Part shown: positions 1 through 11,200 of the stretch, piece by piece
Layout of the letters: each line of letters opens with the position of its first letter
Numbering within the stretch: position 1 is the stretch's first letter
Source: Pseudomonadota bacterium
Lineage (GTDB): Bacteria > Pseudomonadota > Gammaproteobacteria > Ga0077536
DNA: 64,000 bases
Assembly: GCA_036339995.1 (NCBI GenBank)
Contig: JAYYZW010000014.1
Location: forward strand, 6,153-70,152
Direction: 5' to 3'
The notes under the pieces: generated by a model
Databases searched by the model: none
The model's input: only the letters and a program-made list of their open reading frames with translations
Told to the model about the DNA's origin: nothing
Position numbers and translations under genes: made by a program

Positions 1-58
1 AGTAGCGCGCCACGAGGACCGGCGAATTATGAACGTTTATTCCGGGACAGCACACTAG
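1..58. repeat. Partial copy (right end) of the ~140-bp interspersed intergenic repeat, family A
   Basis: ...ggaccggcgaattatgaacgtttattccgggacagcacactag aligns with the right end of the copy at 19463..19601 (gggccagcgaattctcgaacctatttacgggacagcacactag). The copy is truncated by the window edge. Confidence 0.6.
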
Positions 59-101
59 TACCTATAGTTCTATTCTCTGAAAAGGCGTTGGCGCCCCATT
101 C

Positions 102-2411
102 ATGATCGCACGTCTGTTCGACATGCTCATCGAGCGCCCGCGACGCATTATCGCTGTCGCTTTCCTGTTGGCTTTGGTCGGGCTCGTTCTCCTGTTCGAA
201 TGGCCGAGCCTCAATCTCGCTCTCGAAGTCGATCCGTCCGTGCGCGCCTTGTTGCCGCATCAGGGTGTCGAACTCGAGATTTTTGAGGCTGTTCGCGATC
301 GATACTCAAGCGACGATCTCCTCCTCGTCGCATGGGTCGCCGATGACCTGTTCACGCCGACGCGACTCGCGGCGCTCAAGCGCCTGACGCGCCGGGTAGA
401 ACGCATGCCCGGCGTCGAGCATGTGGAAAGCCTTGCGACGGCGGTCCGTACGCACGTGTATGAAGACTATACGGAGGTGGGCGCTTACCTAGGCGAGGTT
501 CCGGAGACCGAAGCTGAGGCGCTGGAGGTGCGCGACGCGGTGTTGGATAACCCGCTTTACGCGGGCTACCTGGTCTCACGGGACGGCCGTGGGGCGATGA
601 TCGCCGTCCGCTTCGACCGCGGCCTCTCGGCCAGGACACTGATCGATATCGTCGCGAACATCGCCGCGGCCTCGCGCGAAGAAGCGAGCAACGTGGATCA
701 GTTCCTTTCCGGGCCCTTGTTCATTCGCCTCGAAATAAGCCGCTTGTTGCTACGCGATCTTTATCACGTGATGCCGCTTGCCATCGGCGTAACGCTGATC
801 GTTGTCGCTATCGGTTTCCGTCATGTGCGCGGTGTTGTGTTGCCATTCCTATCGAATGCAATCGCGCTGATTCTGACCTTGGCGATGTTCGTGGCTTCCG
901 GCCACACACTCAACTATGTCACAGTGATTCTGCCTCCGACCGTTTACGTGGTCGGCTTCGCCTATGCAATTCACGTGGTCAGTGACTTTGATCGGCACTT
1001 TGGGGCGGGGCTCGACCGCGCCGCCGCGACGCGGGCGGCTCTTGGCGATGTTGCAGGACCCGTCACACTCACCGCCGTTACCACGGCGCTCGGCTTCGCT
1101 TCACTTACGCTCAGCGATATCGATTCCATCCGTCTGTTCGGCGCGTATTCAAGCCTCGGCACGATATTGGCGTGGTTGGCCGCACTCATCGTCGTCCCGG
1201 CCGGCCTGGTACTCATGCCCGGGCGGCGTCGCGCGAACGCAGTCCGCCGCGCTGATCTTCTTGGCCCTTGGCTCGCGCAACTCGCTGAACGGCGTGGACG
1301 CGTATTCCTGGCGTGCGGGCTGTTGTTGATCGGACTCTCTCTCATGGGTGCCACACGAATCACTGTGAGTACGGATTACCTGGCGAATTTTCCTGCAGGG
1401 AGCGAGCTGCGTCGCAATTTCAACCGCATGAGCACGGTCTTCGCAGGCTCCGTACCGTTACAGATCGTACTGGAGAGCGACACGATCGATGCTTTCAAAA
1501 CGCCGCACGCGCTACGCGCTGTGGACCAACTCAAGGACTGGTTGCTCAAGCAGCCGGAAATCGGTGGCGTTTACACCCTGCTCGACTATATAGGCGTTCT
1601 CGAGCGCGCCCTTGCACCCGAGTTGGTTGATGACGACCCGGTGCCCGACTCGGCAGGTCTTGCCAACCACCTGCTCTTGCTCGGTGGCGGCGAGGACGTG
1701 CGACGCTTTGCCGACCCGGAGTTCATGAGCACGCTCCTGCAGGTGCGCGCCCGGGTCGCGGCAAGCGCGGATCTAAATGCATTGGTTGACCGGATAGATA
1801 CGCGTTTGCGGGAGCTACCCCCTGACTTGCAGGGCTACGTGACCGGCAGCTCATACCTGATTGCGCGTACCCTCGACGAGGTCACCCGCGGCCAGGTCTT
1901 GAGCCTGAGCGCCGCGTTGGTGCCGATCTTTATTGTGCTGGTCGCGATGTTTCGTTCACTCAGGATCGCCGCCCTCGCGCTCATTCCCAACGTCCTGCCG
2001 ATCGTGGCGTTCTTCGGTATCCTGGGCTGGAGCGGCATCACGCTCAACCTGACCACGAGCCTCGTCGCCTCCGTGGTGCTCGGCATCGCGGTCGACGACA
2101 GCATCCACTTTTTCGCACGCCTGCGCGAAACCGCGCGCCATGCGAGCTCCGAGCGCGACGCCGTAGGGGTGGCGCTCGCTGCGGTCGTTCGCCCGGTGAG
2201 TTTCACGACCGCGGGACTCGCGCTTGGTTTTATCACCTTGATCGTCGGTGAGCTCCGCAGCCAGGCCGAATTTGGATTGCTCGCGGCGATTACGCTTGTC
2301 ATTGCGTGGTTGCTCGATCTCACCTTTACACCGGCGCTCGCGCGGCGCTACGGCTTAGCGCGGGTCACGGCAGCAGCCGATCGCAAGTTTACGCGCCACA
2401 AGCCGCGCTAG
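102..2411 (+). CDS. RND-superfamily / MMPL-type membrane exporter
   Basis: 769-aa ORF. It has two clusters of hydrophobic helices (about residues 210-380 and 600-750), each preceded by a large soluble loop, as in MMPL/HpnN-like RND exporters. Confidence 0.7.
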   Translation: MIARLFDMLIERPRRIIAVAFLLALVGLVLLFEWPSLNLALEVDPSVRALLPHQGVELEIFEAVRDRYSSDDLLLVAWVADDLFTPTRLAALKRLTRRVERMPGVEHVESLATAVRTHVYEDYTEVGAYLGEVPETEAEALEVRDAVLDNPLYAGYLVSRDGRGAMIAVRFDRGLSARTLIDIVANIAAASREEASNVDQFLSGPLFIRLEISRLLLRDLYHVMPLAIGVTLIVVAIGFRHVRGVVLPFLSNAIALILTLAMFVASGHTLNYVTVILPPTVYVVGFAYAIHVVSDFDRHFGAGLDRAAATRAALGDVAGPVTLTAVTTALGFASLTLSDIDSIRLFGAYSSLGTILAWLAALIVVPAGLVLMPGRRRANAVRRADLLGPWLAQLAERRGRVFLACGLLLIGLSLMGATRITVSTDYLANFPAGSELRRNFNRMSTVFAGSVPLQIVLESDTIDAFKTPHALRAVDQLKDWLLKQPEIGGVYTLLDYIGVLERALAPELVDDDPVPDSAGLANHLLLLGGGEDVRRFADPEFMSTLLQVRARVAASADLNALVDRIDTRLRELPPDLQGYVTGSSYLIARTLDEVTRGQVLSLSAALVPIFIVLVAMFRSLRIAALALIPNVLPIVAFFGILGWSGITLNLTTSLVASVVLGIAVDDSIHFFARLRETARHASSERDAVGVALAAVVRPVSFTTAGLALGFITLIVGELRSQAEFGLLAAITLVIAWLLDLTFTPALARRYGLARVTAAADRKFTRHKPR

Positions 2412-2805
2412 CCCGCATGCAGCCGAAATCTCCGAGCAGGAGCGCCTCTAAATCGTCCACGACAACACCAAGGAACTGTTTCAGCTTTCCTGTCCATGGG
2501 CCTTGGGTTGGGGTGTCTCAGGGCTGGTTTGCATCGAATGTGCTTCCAAAATGCTGCACAATGCATGAGCCCTGCGCGGGCGTGCTAGCAGTCTGGTCAC
2601 AAACCACCATTCGGAACGGCCGGCACCGTTAACTGCGTTATGGAGGCGCTTTATGAGAAACAAAAAATCTATAACTCATCCGTAACACGCGGTGGGCGGC
2701 CACGTGATGTGAGCGAACGCCTGGAGCATTCTGGCTCTAAGTCTTGTAGAAAAACTGATACTCGCGCGGACTTGCAGCGCGCTGGAAATAGAGGGAGACG
2801 CGATC

Positions 2806-3318
2806 ATGGTTAGTCAAACCCGTCCTGGGACATTTTCAATCTTATTCACCCTTGCGGTTGCGGCGTGGTACCCGACGGTTACCCTGGCGCATGGCGATGA
2901 AGCGCCCGCGCAGGCTGTCAGCCTTTCCGGCGAGAACTATGATCCGGTAAGCCGCGGGACGCGGAAACTCGCGCTCGGCGAGGTGACGATTCGAATGCTG
3001 ATCGACGCATCGAACATTGGCCGCGATGATATCGAGATCGGAGAACTGATCCTGCCCGCAGACAGTTCGGATTCCGTGTCGCACGCCCACGGCAGTCTCG
3101 AAATCTTCTACGTCGTGGAGGGGATCCTCGGGCATGAAGTGAACGGCAAGCCTTTCACCTTGCATCCGGGCGAGGCCGGCTATTTGAAGCCCGGCGATCA
3201 AATCGTCCATCGCGTCCTCTCGGACGGCCCCGTCAAGGCCTTGGTCATCTGGGTGCCGGGCGGTGAAGCTGATGCGATGGTCGAACACGCGGGCTTCATC
3301 GAAGTACCGCTTGATTAG
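2806..3318 (+). CDS. Secreted cupin-domain protein
   Basis: 170 aa. N-terminal signal-like segment FSILFTLAVAAWYPTVTLAHG. Cupin-like core HAHGSLEIFYVVEGILGHEVNGKPFTLHPGEAGYLKPGDQIVH. Confidence 0.6.
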   Translation: MVSQTRPGTFSILFTLAVAAWYPTVTLAHGDEAPAQAVSLSGENYDPVSRGTRKLALGEVTIRMLIDASNIGRDDIEIGELILPADSSDSVSHAHGSLEIFYVVEGILGHEVNGKPFTLHPGEAGYLKPGDQIVHRVLSDGPVKALVIWVPGGEADAMVEHAGFIEVPLD

Positions 3319-3410
3319 AGCGGCGCCAATGCCGCTTTACTGACCCCGCAGGCGGGCACGAATAACAACAGAAAAAGAAATGTGACTACGACCAATCCGA
3401 ATTCTGTCGT

Positions 3411-4565
3411 TCAAAAGCAGGACATCATCGCACTCATCAGGGTCTTCGAAAGCGGCCCTTCATCGAGGGCGTGGGCCATGCGGTTTCCGACGCACGCAAA
3501 CCCTAGTCGGCACGACGGTACCTCGACCCCGACATAACCGCCGGCGCCGAGTCCGGCGAAGGTATCGGGCGTGCCGGTAAATTCGAGCGCACCGCCCGAC
3601 AGCAGAAATCCGAGCCCGTGACGCACCGGAACGCCGAGCACCGCGCCCTCTTCGTTCCATATTTTCGTCGTCGCTTCGGTGAGGATGGCCTCACTCAAGA
3701 TGCGCTCCCCATCAAACTCACCGCCGCAGGCGAGTACCCCGTAGACGCGGGCCAGCCCGCGCGGATTGCCGAAACCGACATTCGGCGTACCCCAGGTGCG
3801 GCCCTCCGACGAGTTAACGAAACCCGCCAGGTCCGCGCCCTCCGGAAGCGCCTTCCACGCTCGCCCGATCGGATTGTCGGTGTCCATTAACAGCGCCAGG
3901 AAGGGATGATCGGGATCGCAGATGGTTTCCGCGCAGCGCGCCTGCTCCGCATCGTTCAACGCGATTTGGAAATCGGCGCCCAAGGGTTCGGCAAATTCTT
4001 CACGCCAGTAATCGGCGATGGCGCGGCCCGTGATCCGATAGACCAGTTCGCGGTTGAGAATCCCGATGGTGAACGTGTGATAGGCCGGCTGTGTGCCCGG
4101 TGGCCATTGTGCGGATTAATGCTCGACGGCAGCGCGCAGGGCAGCGTAGTCGGATATGCTGCCGCGCTCCAGCGCATCCAGGAACACGAGCCCCGCCAGG
4201 TGTGACAACACCTGGCGTACCGTGATCGCGTCCTTTCCCGCTTGAGCGAATTCGGGCCAGTACTTCGCCAGGGGCGCGTTCAGCCCGATCTTTCCTTCAT
4301 CGACGAGTTTCAAAACGCACAGGCAACCCATTGCCTTGCCCGTGCTCATCATGCGCGCGAGGGTATCTTCTTCCCACGTTTGCGCACGGTCCGCGTCGCG
4401 GTAGCCGGCCCAGAGATCGACGGCTAATTTACCGTCTACGTAAGCCGCGGCGGCGGCGCCGATTTCGAAGTTTTGGTTAATATGAGCTTGAAATGCCTCC
4501 CGGACGGCATCGAAGCGGGCGTCACAACGCCCATGAACCGTAACGGTAGTGGGCCTTGTCATCAA
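3411..4565 (-). pseudogene. Beta-lactamase-family serine hydrolase/esterase interrupted by a single in-frame TAA
   Basis: ORFs 4116..4565 and 3411..3983 are in the same frame. Reading through gives ...LRAAVEH*SAQWPPGTQPAYHTFTIGILNRELVYRITGRAIADYWREEFAEPLGADFQ..., with the only stop at 4116..4118. The N-terminal part has an S-x-x-K motif (MSTGK). Total length is ~383 codons, typical of the family. Confidence 0.8.
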
Positions 4566-4612
4566 TATCGCCTCGCGTCAGAACATTGAACGGGACACTC
4601 GGAGATCCGACT

Positions 4613-5284
4613 TTATCCGACGTTTTCTGCGAAGAAAGTCAAGGTCCTTTCCTTCGCCCTCGCCGTCGCCGCAGCGTCGTAGCTCTCTCGATGATTGCAA
4701 TTGAATCCATGGCCGGCATCGTAGACAAACACCTGGACCTCGGGCTGCGCTTTGCGGACTTTCTCGACATCACTCATGGGTATGTGCGCGTCCTTTTCCC
4801 CGAAGTGCATCATCACCGGGCATCGGGCGCTACGCTCGGCCTCGCCCGCGATGCCGCCGCCGTAATAAGCCGAGGCGGCCGAAACGCCACTCAATTCACA
4901 CGCCGAAAGCCAGGTCAACAGGCCGCCGAAACAATAACCGACGACGCCGACCTTGCCGTGCGCGGACACCGCGTCGACGGCCGCCTGGAGGTCCTTCAAG
5001 GTCTCTTCCATCTTGAGATCTTCGAAGGCGAGTTTCAGGCCCTTGTCGAACTCCGCCTGATCTTCGTAGCCGAGTTCGACGTCACGCTCGACCCGGTCAA
5101 AAATCTGGGGCGCAATCGCCGCGTATCCTTCCGCAGCGTAAGCGTCGATGACTTCGCGTATGTGGGAGTTGACCCCGAATATTTCCTGGATGATGACTAC
5201 ACCCGCCTTGGGCTTGCCCTCGGGCAAGGCTTCGTAGGCACCTAGCGTGAAGCCGTCGGATGATGTGAGTTGTCGCTGTTTCAT
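4613..5284 (-). CDS. Dienelactone hydrolase family protein (carboxymethylenebutenolidase-like)
   Basis: 223 aa. GVVIIQEIFGVNSHIREVIDAYAAEGYAAIAPQIFDR, nucleophile-elbow-like GYCFGG, C-terminal HGF. Confidence 0.85.
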   Translation of the reverse strand: MKQRQLTSSDGFTLGAYEALPEGKPKAGVVIIQEIFGVNSHIREVIDAYAAEGYAAIAPQIFDRVERDVELGYEDQAEFDKGLKLAFEDLKMEETLKDLQAAVDAVSAHGKVGVVGYCFGGLLTWLSACELSGVSAASAYYGGGIAGEAERSARCPVMMHFGEKDAHIPMSDVEKVRKAQPEVQVFVYDAGHGFNCNHRESYDAAATARAKERTLTFFAENVG

Positions 5285-5426
5285 AGTCGTTCTCCTGGAA
5301 TGGCAACCGAATAGAGTACTTCAGTTTCGCCTGTTTCCCTGCCTTTTTGAGAATGTCGGCGACCTCCGACTTAAACTATGCTAATGCCGTTATCATAGAC
5401 GTACCATCTATGGGGAGGGATTTCTC

Positions 5427-5825
5427 ATGAGCGCAAGTGCAATCTGTTTAATGGGCCTGATCGCCTGGACCATCGTGCTGACATTCATCCTGATTGGCGC
5501 GCGCGGTGCGGCCATTATGAAGGGACACGCCATTGCGCCCTTCGAACAGGACGGCGGCGATCTCGCCGGCTTTGGCACCCGGGTAACACGGGCACACGGC
5601 AACAGCCTAGAATGGCTGGTAATTCCCGCGGCCATTCTTGTTTACGCGATGGTAACCGGTCAGGGCGAAATCACGGACGGCTTGGCAATGTGGGTGCTTT
5701 ACGCTCGCTTGATCCAATCCATCGTACACATGATTTCGATAAGCACGCCTTTCATTGTTGTCAGGGGAACGATGTTAACGGTGCAGACCGTTATCTGGAT
5801 CATCTGGATGGCTAAGCTAGCCTAG
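5427..5825 (+). CDS. MAPEG family membrane protein
   Basis: 132 aa with about 4 hydrophobic helices. MAPEG-like signature RVTRAHGNSLEWLVIPA. Confidence 0.7.
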   Translation: MSASAICLMGLIAWTIVLTFILIGARGAAIMKGHAIAPFEQDGGDLAGFGTRVTRAHGNSLEWLVIPAAILVYAMVTGQGEITDGLAMWVLYARLIQSIVHMISISTPFIVVRGTMLTVQTVIWIIWMAKLA

Positions 5826-5992
5826 GATCCGGTCCGGGTAATCCTCGCGTAGCGAGGACGATTACTCCGACAGGCTCTTAGCTTCCGCTGGAGTGAACAT
5901 TTCGCTATCTGCTCCGCGTCGAGGACACGATACCCTTCCGCAGTTTTGGGACGCGATGGCTTGCGACGCAAAAAAAATGGAGATGGGTAAAA

Positions 5993-6391
5993 ATGAGCCC
6001 TGAAGAACGCAAGGCGGTTATCGCCGGGGTATTCGAGGCCTTCGCCCTCGGTGACGGCGGCCCCTTGATGAACATGATCGACGATGACATTAAATGGACG
6101 ATTATCGGCAACACGAAGTTCTCGGCGACCTACCTTGGCAAGGAGGACCTCGGCAATCGCCTTCTCGGCCCGCTCAGCGAACTCATCGACGGTCATTTGC
6201 ACATTACGACCGACAACATGATCGCGGAGGAGGATTTCGTGGTGGTGCAGGGCCGCGGCGAATCCAAGACGGTGGCCGGCGCCACCTATAACAATACCTA
6301 CTGCTGGGTCTATCGCTGGTCTGGCGACAAGGTCGTCGAGATCACGGAGTATCTCGATACGGAAGTACTCACCGCTTCATTCGGTCGCTAG
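5993..6391 (+). CDS. SnoaL-like / NTF2-fold protein
   Basis: 132 aa. Pattern typical of ketosteroid-isomerase-like NTF2 proteins (VFEAFALGDGGPLMNMIDDDIKWTI...VVEITEYLDT). Confidence 0.7.
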   Translation: MSPEERKAVIAGVFEAFALGDGGPLMNMIDDDIKWTIIGNTKFSATYLGKEDLGNRLLGPLSELIDGHLHITTDNMIAEEDFVVVQGRGESKTVAGATYNNTYCWVYRWSGDKVVEITEYLDTEVLTASFGR

Positions 6392-6401
6392 ACCGCAGAC
6401 T

Positions 6402-7637
6402 TTGGCCTGGATGGAAGATCCGCTCGAGCTACTGGCGAGCCTTACGGACGAGGACTGGGCCGGCGCCAACCCGTTGTCGCCGGATTTCCGTGACGATCCC
6501 TATCCCGCGCTACACCGATTGCGCGCACGAGATCCGGTGAATCTCTCTCCGATCGGTACCTGGCGCCTGACCCGTTACGACGACGTCGCGCAGGTATTCA
6601 AGCACGCGCCGACCAGCATGACGCTGCCCGACGGATCGAATCCGAATTTCGATCCGCTCGATCGCCGCGGCAGTTTCAATGAATTCATGCTCAACAAGGA
6701 CGGCAACGAACACATGCGCCTACGGCGCCTCGTGGTCAAGGCGTTTACGCACCGCGCTCTGGACAATATTCAGTTGGAGATCGACCTGGCGGTGACGGGC
6801 GCCCTCGACCGCGCGGCCGCGGACGGCGGTATGGAGGTGGTCCACGATTTGGCGCTCTATGTGCCGAGTCGCATGATCTGCCGCATCATGGGCGTACCGG
6901 AAGCCGATCGGCTGCAGTTCACCGCGTGGACAGCCGCCCGGACCAACGCCTTCTTCGCTCGCTTTTTGCCCGAAGATGTCAGGCAACGCGTACGCGAGGC
7001 GGGCTCCGCCATTGCGGATTACTTCGATGCACTCGTCGAGGAACGACGCAAGAATCTCGGGAATGATCTCCTGAGCGAATTGATCCGAGCCGAAGAAGAT
7101 GGTGATCGCTTGCACGAAGGCGAGTTGACGGTACAGGCGGTGGGCTTATTGGTAGCCGGATTCGAGACTACCATCGGCCTCATCGGCAACGGATTACGGG
7201 CCTTCATCGAGCATCCCGACCAGATGCGGATCTTAAGGGAACGTCCCGAACTCATCGACAACGCGGTCGAGGAATGCCTGCGTTACGACGCGCCGATCCT
7301 CTTCAACTGGCGCATCTTGACCGAGGATTATGAAATCGGTGAGCGCTTGCTTCCGCGCGACGCCGTGCTGTGGCCCATGATCGGCGCTGCCAATCGCGAT
7401 CCCGCGCGATTTTTCGATCCGGACCGTTTTGACATCATGAGGGACGATGTCGCGCACCAGTCCTTCGGCGGCGGCGCGCATTTCTGCCTGGGGCATCAAC
7501 TCGCCCGCATGGAAGCGCGGTCGGCGATCGGTGCTTTCATACGGCGGTTCGAAGCGCCGCGGATCGACACTCAAGGCTTGAGCTGGTCGCAGTCGTTCTT
7601 CCGTGTGCTCGGAAGTCTGCCCGTTACATTCGAGTGA
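6402..7637 (+). CDS. Cytochrome P450
   Basis: 411 aa. I-helix AGFETT, ExxR (ECLRYD), heme-Cys loop FGGGAHFCLGHQLA. The real start may be the ATG at 6411. Confidence 0.95.
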   Translation: MAWMEDPLELLASLTDEDWAGANPLSPDFRDDPYPALHRLRARDPVNLSPIGTWRLTRYDDVAQVFKHAPTSMTLPDGSNPNFDPLDRRGSFNEFMLNKDGNEHMRLRRLVVKAFTHRALDNIQLEIDLAVTGALDRAAADGGMEVVHDLALYVPSRMICRIMGVPEADRLQFTAWTAARTNAFFARFLPEDVRQRVREAGSAIADYFDALVEERRKNLGNDLLSELIRAEEDGDRLHEGELTVQAVGLLVAGFETTIGLIGNGLRAFIEHPDQMRILRERPELIDNAVEECLRYDAPILFNWRILTEDYEIGERLLPRDAVLWPMIGAANRDPARFFDPDRFDIMRDDVAHQSFGGGAHFCLGHQLARMEARSAIGAFIRRFEAPRIDTQGLSWSQSFFRVLGSLPVTFE

Positions 7638-7704
7638 ATCGGAGACCCTGCTGCCCGTAAGCCAGGTTTCAAGCATTGCAATCTGGTTTAACTATTTACG
7701 TCGG

Positions 7705-8178
7705 CTATCCTGTTTCTAGCAAGCTTTGGAGCATCCGCGCGTTCTTTTCGTGGATCTGCATCCGCTGGGTCAAAAGATCCGCACTGGGCTCGTCTCCCGC
7801 CTGTTCGATGACGGGGAAGACGCTGCGCGCGGTACGCACAACGGCTTCCTGCCGGGACACGAGCCGACGGATCATTTCCGTCGCACCTGGCTCGTCGTCT
7901 TCCTCGGTGATCGAGGTCAGATCCGCAAAATCACGATAAAAACCGGGCGCCCGATGCCCAAGCGCGCGAATACGCTCGGCAATCTGATCGACCGCGAGGG
8001 CCAGCTCCGTGTAATGCGTTTCGAACAGTACGTGTAAGGCCGTGAACTGGGGGCCCGTCACGTTCCAATGGTAGTTGTGCGTCTTGAGATAAAAGGTGTA
8101 GCTGTCTGCGAGCAGCCGGGACAAGCCCGCAGCGATGGCCGCGCGTTTCTCGGCGGGTATTCCAATATCGATATCCAT
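7705..8178 (-). CDS. dps: Dps (DNA starvation/stationary-phase protection, ferritin-like)
   Basis: 157 aa. YTFYLKTHNYHWNVTGPQFTALHVLFETHY...DQIAERIRALG. Confidence 0.9.
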   Translation of the reverse strand: MDIDIGIPAEKRAAIAAGLSRLLADSYTFYLKTHNYHWNVTGPQFTALHVLFETHYTELALAVDQIAERIRALGHRAPGFYRDFADLTSITEEDDEPGATEMIRRLVSRQEAVVRTARSVFPVIEQAGDEPSADLLTQRMQIHEKNARMLQSLLETG

Positions 8179-8233
8179 CGTCCTTCCTCCATAGATCGGG
8201 TTACGGGGGATACTTTAGGATGGCGGAATCGAT

Positions 8234-8247
8234 AATTAAATTTAATT
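8234..8247. promoter_or_regulatory. Perfect 14-bp AT palindrome upstream of dps (candidate operator)
   Basis: aattaaatttaatt lies 56-69 nt upstream of the dps start codon, in the dps/RND intergenic spacer. Confidence 0.3.
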
Positions 8248-8282
8248 TTCTATTCGTATTTAATAGATATTTTCAATCATTC

Positions 8283-11200
8283 TCAGACCGCGGAAGCAGT
8301 GTGTTCACCGGCCCCTTTTCCGCCGGAGCGCAAACGGCGGCTGAGGTCGAACGTCAAGGTCAGGAGCGCCGGCATGAAAGTGATCGTGACCAAGGTTGAA
8401 AACAAAATACCGAACAGCACGATGGCGCCGAGTCCGCGGTAAAGCTCGGTGCCGGCGCCCGGGTTGAGGACCAGCGGAGACAAGCCGATCACCGTCGTGA
8501 CCATGGACATCATAATCGGCCGCAGCCGCGAGCGCGTCGCTTCTATCACTGCCTCGCGAATATCCATCCGGCCCTGCTTCAGGTTTCTGACGGCGCGCTC
8601 GACCAGCAGGATCGGATTGTTGACGACCGTGCCGATCAAAACCAGAAAGCCCAGCATCGTGATCACGTCTAAAGGCTGCTGTATGACCGCTAGACCAAAG
8701 CGGCCCATTTCCTGACCCACCACGTTCATCAGCCACAACCCGACAATACCCCCGCTGATCCCGATAGGGACGGATGCCAATATCAGCAGGGGGTATCCCC
8801 AATGAGAAAAGATCGCGACGAGAAGCAGGTAGGAGATAAGGACTGCGATGATGAAATTCCCGCTCAGGGCTTCTCGCGTTGCTCTCAACCGATCGTTTGC
8901 CCCGCTGATATCCATTGACACGCTCGGCGCGATCTCGCCGGATTCCTGCAGATGCCGAATGAGTTCGCGTTCGACTCGCTCAACACCGACCTCGAGTGGG
9001 ATTTCCCTCGGTGGAATAATGGACAGCGTGATGGTGCGACGCCCGTCGACGCGGCGAATGGTTTCCGTATTCACAGTTTCGGTCACTTTCGCGATGGCGT
9101 CGAGCGGAACCACGCCGCCATTCGGCGAGAAGAGCAGCAGGTTTTCGATGTCTTCCGGCCCTTCGATCGCGCCCCGGGTCGAATAAATAAACATGTCGAT
9201 CTTATCGTCACCGAGGAAGAATTCATCGACGAAAGCACCGTCGGAAAACGCCCAGATAGCGTAGCCTAGATCGTCGGTTTCGATACCGAGTTCGGCAGCG
9301 CGCTCCCAATCCGGTTTGATTTCGATCATGGGCTGTCCCATCGTTAAACTCGACGGCTGCGGTCGGACCTGCGGATTGACGAAGATCTCCCGCGACCTCG
9401 CGAAAGCACGCGCGCCGGCTTCGAACAGGGGCGCCAGCTCGGCACCGCTGATGTCGAGATTAATGCTCCGCGTACCGCCCAGGTTGCTCGCGAAAATGGA
9501 ACCGCGCGACGCGAACGAGATGACGCCGGGAACCTCACGAAAACGCGCCGTCACTGCTTTGACCAGGTCGTCGGTCTGCACACGATCGGTGGCCTCCGGG
9601 ATCAGCATTACCATACCGGCATAGGCATAGCTGATGACAAAATTGAGCGCCGGAACTTCGGCTTTGCCCACATCGAAAACAGCCGGGTCCTGGCCGACAA
9701 AGGGAACGAAATAGTCGTTCAATTGGCCCAGAATGTCGTCCATGACCTCAATGTTGTAACCCGGCGGTGAAAACATGAAAGCGAAGATCTTCTGCTCCTC
9801 GCCCTCGGGCAGGTATTCGGCCTTGGGCGTCAGGAAACCGATAATGCCCGCTGATACCGCGAGTACGACGCCGATCAACACGACAGCCCGTATCGACCCC
9901 GCGACTAGCCAGCGTACAAAGGCGACCACCGTTTCGCCGACATGCGCGCCGGTTGTTTGAATACTTGAGAGCAATCCCGCGGCTCGACTCCGCCGGGGAT
10001 TCACCCAGCGGCTCATGGCCGCCGGGACCAGCGTGACCGCCACCACCATCGACATCAGAATTGACGCCGAAATAGCAATCGCGATGTCGGAATAGAGCTG
10101 CCCCGCTTCCTCTTCGATGAAGATCACCGGCAGAAAGACGAGCACCGTGGTCATCGTCGAGGCAAGTATCGCGGGCCACACTTCGCGTACACCGGTGATT
10201 GCCGCCTCCACCCGCGACTTGCCTTCCGCAAGATGGCGGTAGATGTTCTCCAGAACGACAATGCTGTTGTCCAGCGTCATCCCGATCGCGAAAGCAACGC
10301 CCGCGAGCGAAATGACGTTGATCGTTCGCCCCGCCAACATCAGCCCGAGAAACGCTACCACGGTGCAAATGGGTATACCGACCGCGCCGATCGCCGTCGC
10401 CGCCGCGGAACGCAGAAACAGGAAAAGCACGACGACGGCAAAACTGGCGCCGATCAGGAGATTGCGCCCTACCACCCACACCGCGTCCTTGACGTACTGG
10501 ACATCTTCGCTGGTGAGTTCCATCTGCAGTCCCCGCGAACTCAAGACGGTCCTGTTGAGGTCGGCGACTTCGTCCATTACCCCCTCCAACACCTCGACCA
10601 CGTTCGCACCGATCATGCGGCGAACGCCGATCGTGATGTTCGGACGCCCGTTGGCGTAGGACACGTTCCTGACTTCGAAGCCCCCCATCGCCGCGTACCC
10701 CACCTCGCGCAGGCGCACCGAAACATCACCGCGCCGGGCGATGATCAAGTCTTCGATGGACTCTACCGTGTCGAACCGGCCGACGGTACGAACGATGTAG
10801 CGCCGCTTGCCCGCATCCAGATCTCCGCCCGAAACGTCGCGATTGCGGCCGCGAATGGCATTGCGCAACTCCCGCACGCTGATGCGCCGATCGGCAAGTT
10901 TGATCGGATCGACGTAGATCTTTACCTGGCGTTCAGTACCCCCCCAGACTTCGGCCTCCGACACGCCCGTGACCCGCTCTATCTGCGCCGCCACGTAATC
11001 CTGTACGAAATCACGCATGAGGTGGACGTCCACGTTCATCGGGTTTCCCGGCAGAGGCGTCACCCGGAAGAACATGAACGGATTATTGGAGTAGGAACTC
11101 GTGATGATTCGCGGTTCGTCTACGTTCTCGGGATAGGATGGAACCTGGGTTAAGGCATTGTTAACCCGGATCAGAATCTCGTTGATATCGGCACCGTGTG

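Noticed and set aside
2412-2805. 394-bp non-coding gap after the MMPL exporter with a ~57-codon ORF (MEALYEKQKIYNSS…).
   Set aside because: The ORF is basic and low-complexity with no ribosome-binding site or motif, and I recognised no RNA family by eye.
10233-11153. Long antisense ORFs inside well-supported genes. Examples: 10233..11153 opposite the RND pump, 4556..5245 opposite DLH, 19631..20446 opposite the MBL gene, 25789..26592 opposite priA, 38072..38911 opposite the AAA/SPOR gene, 41641..42441 and 43609..44145 opposite gltB, 44504..45100 opposite gltD.
   Set aside because: They are Arg/Pro/Gly-rich shadow frames typical of GC-rich DNA. They carry no recognisable motifs and are fully embedded in genes with strong family signatures.
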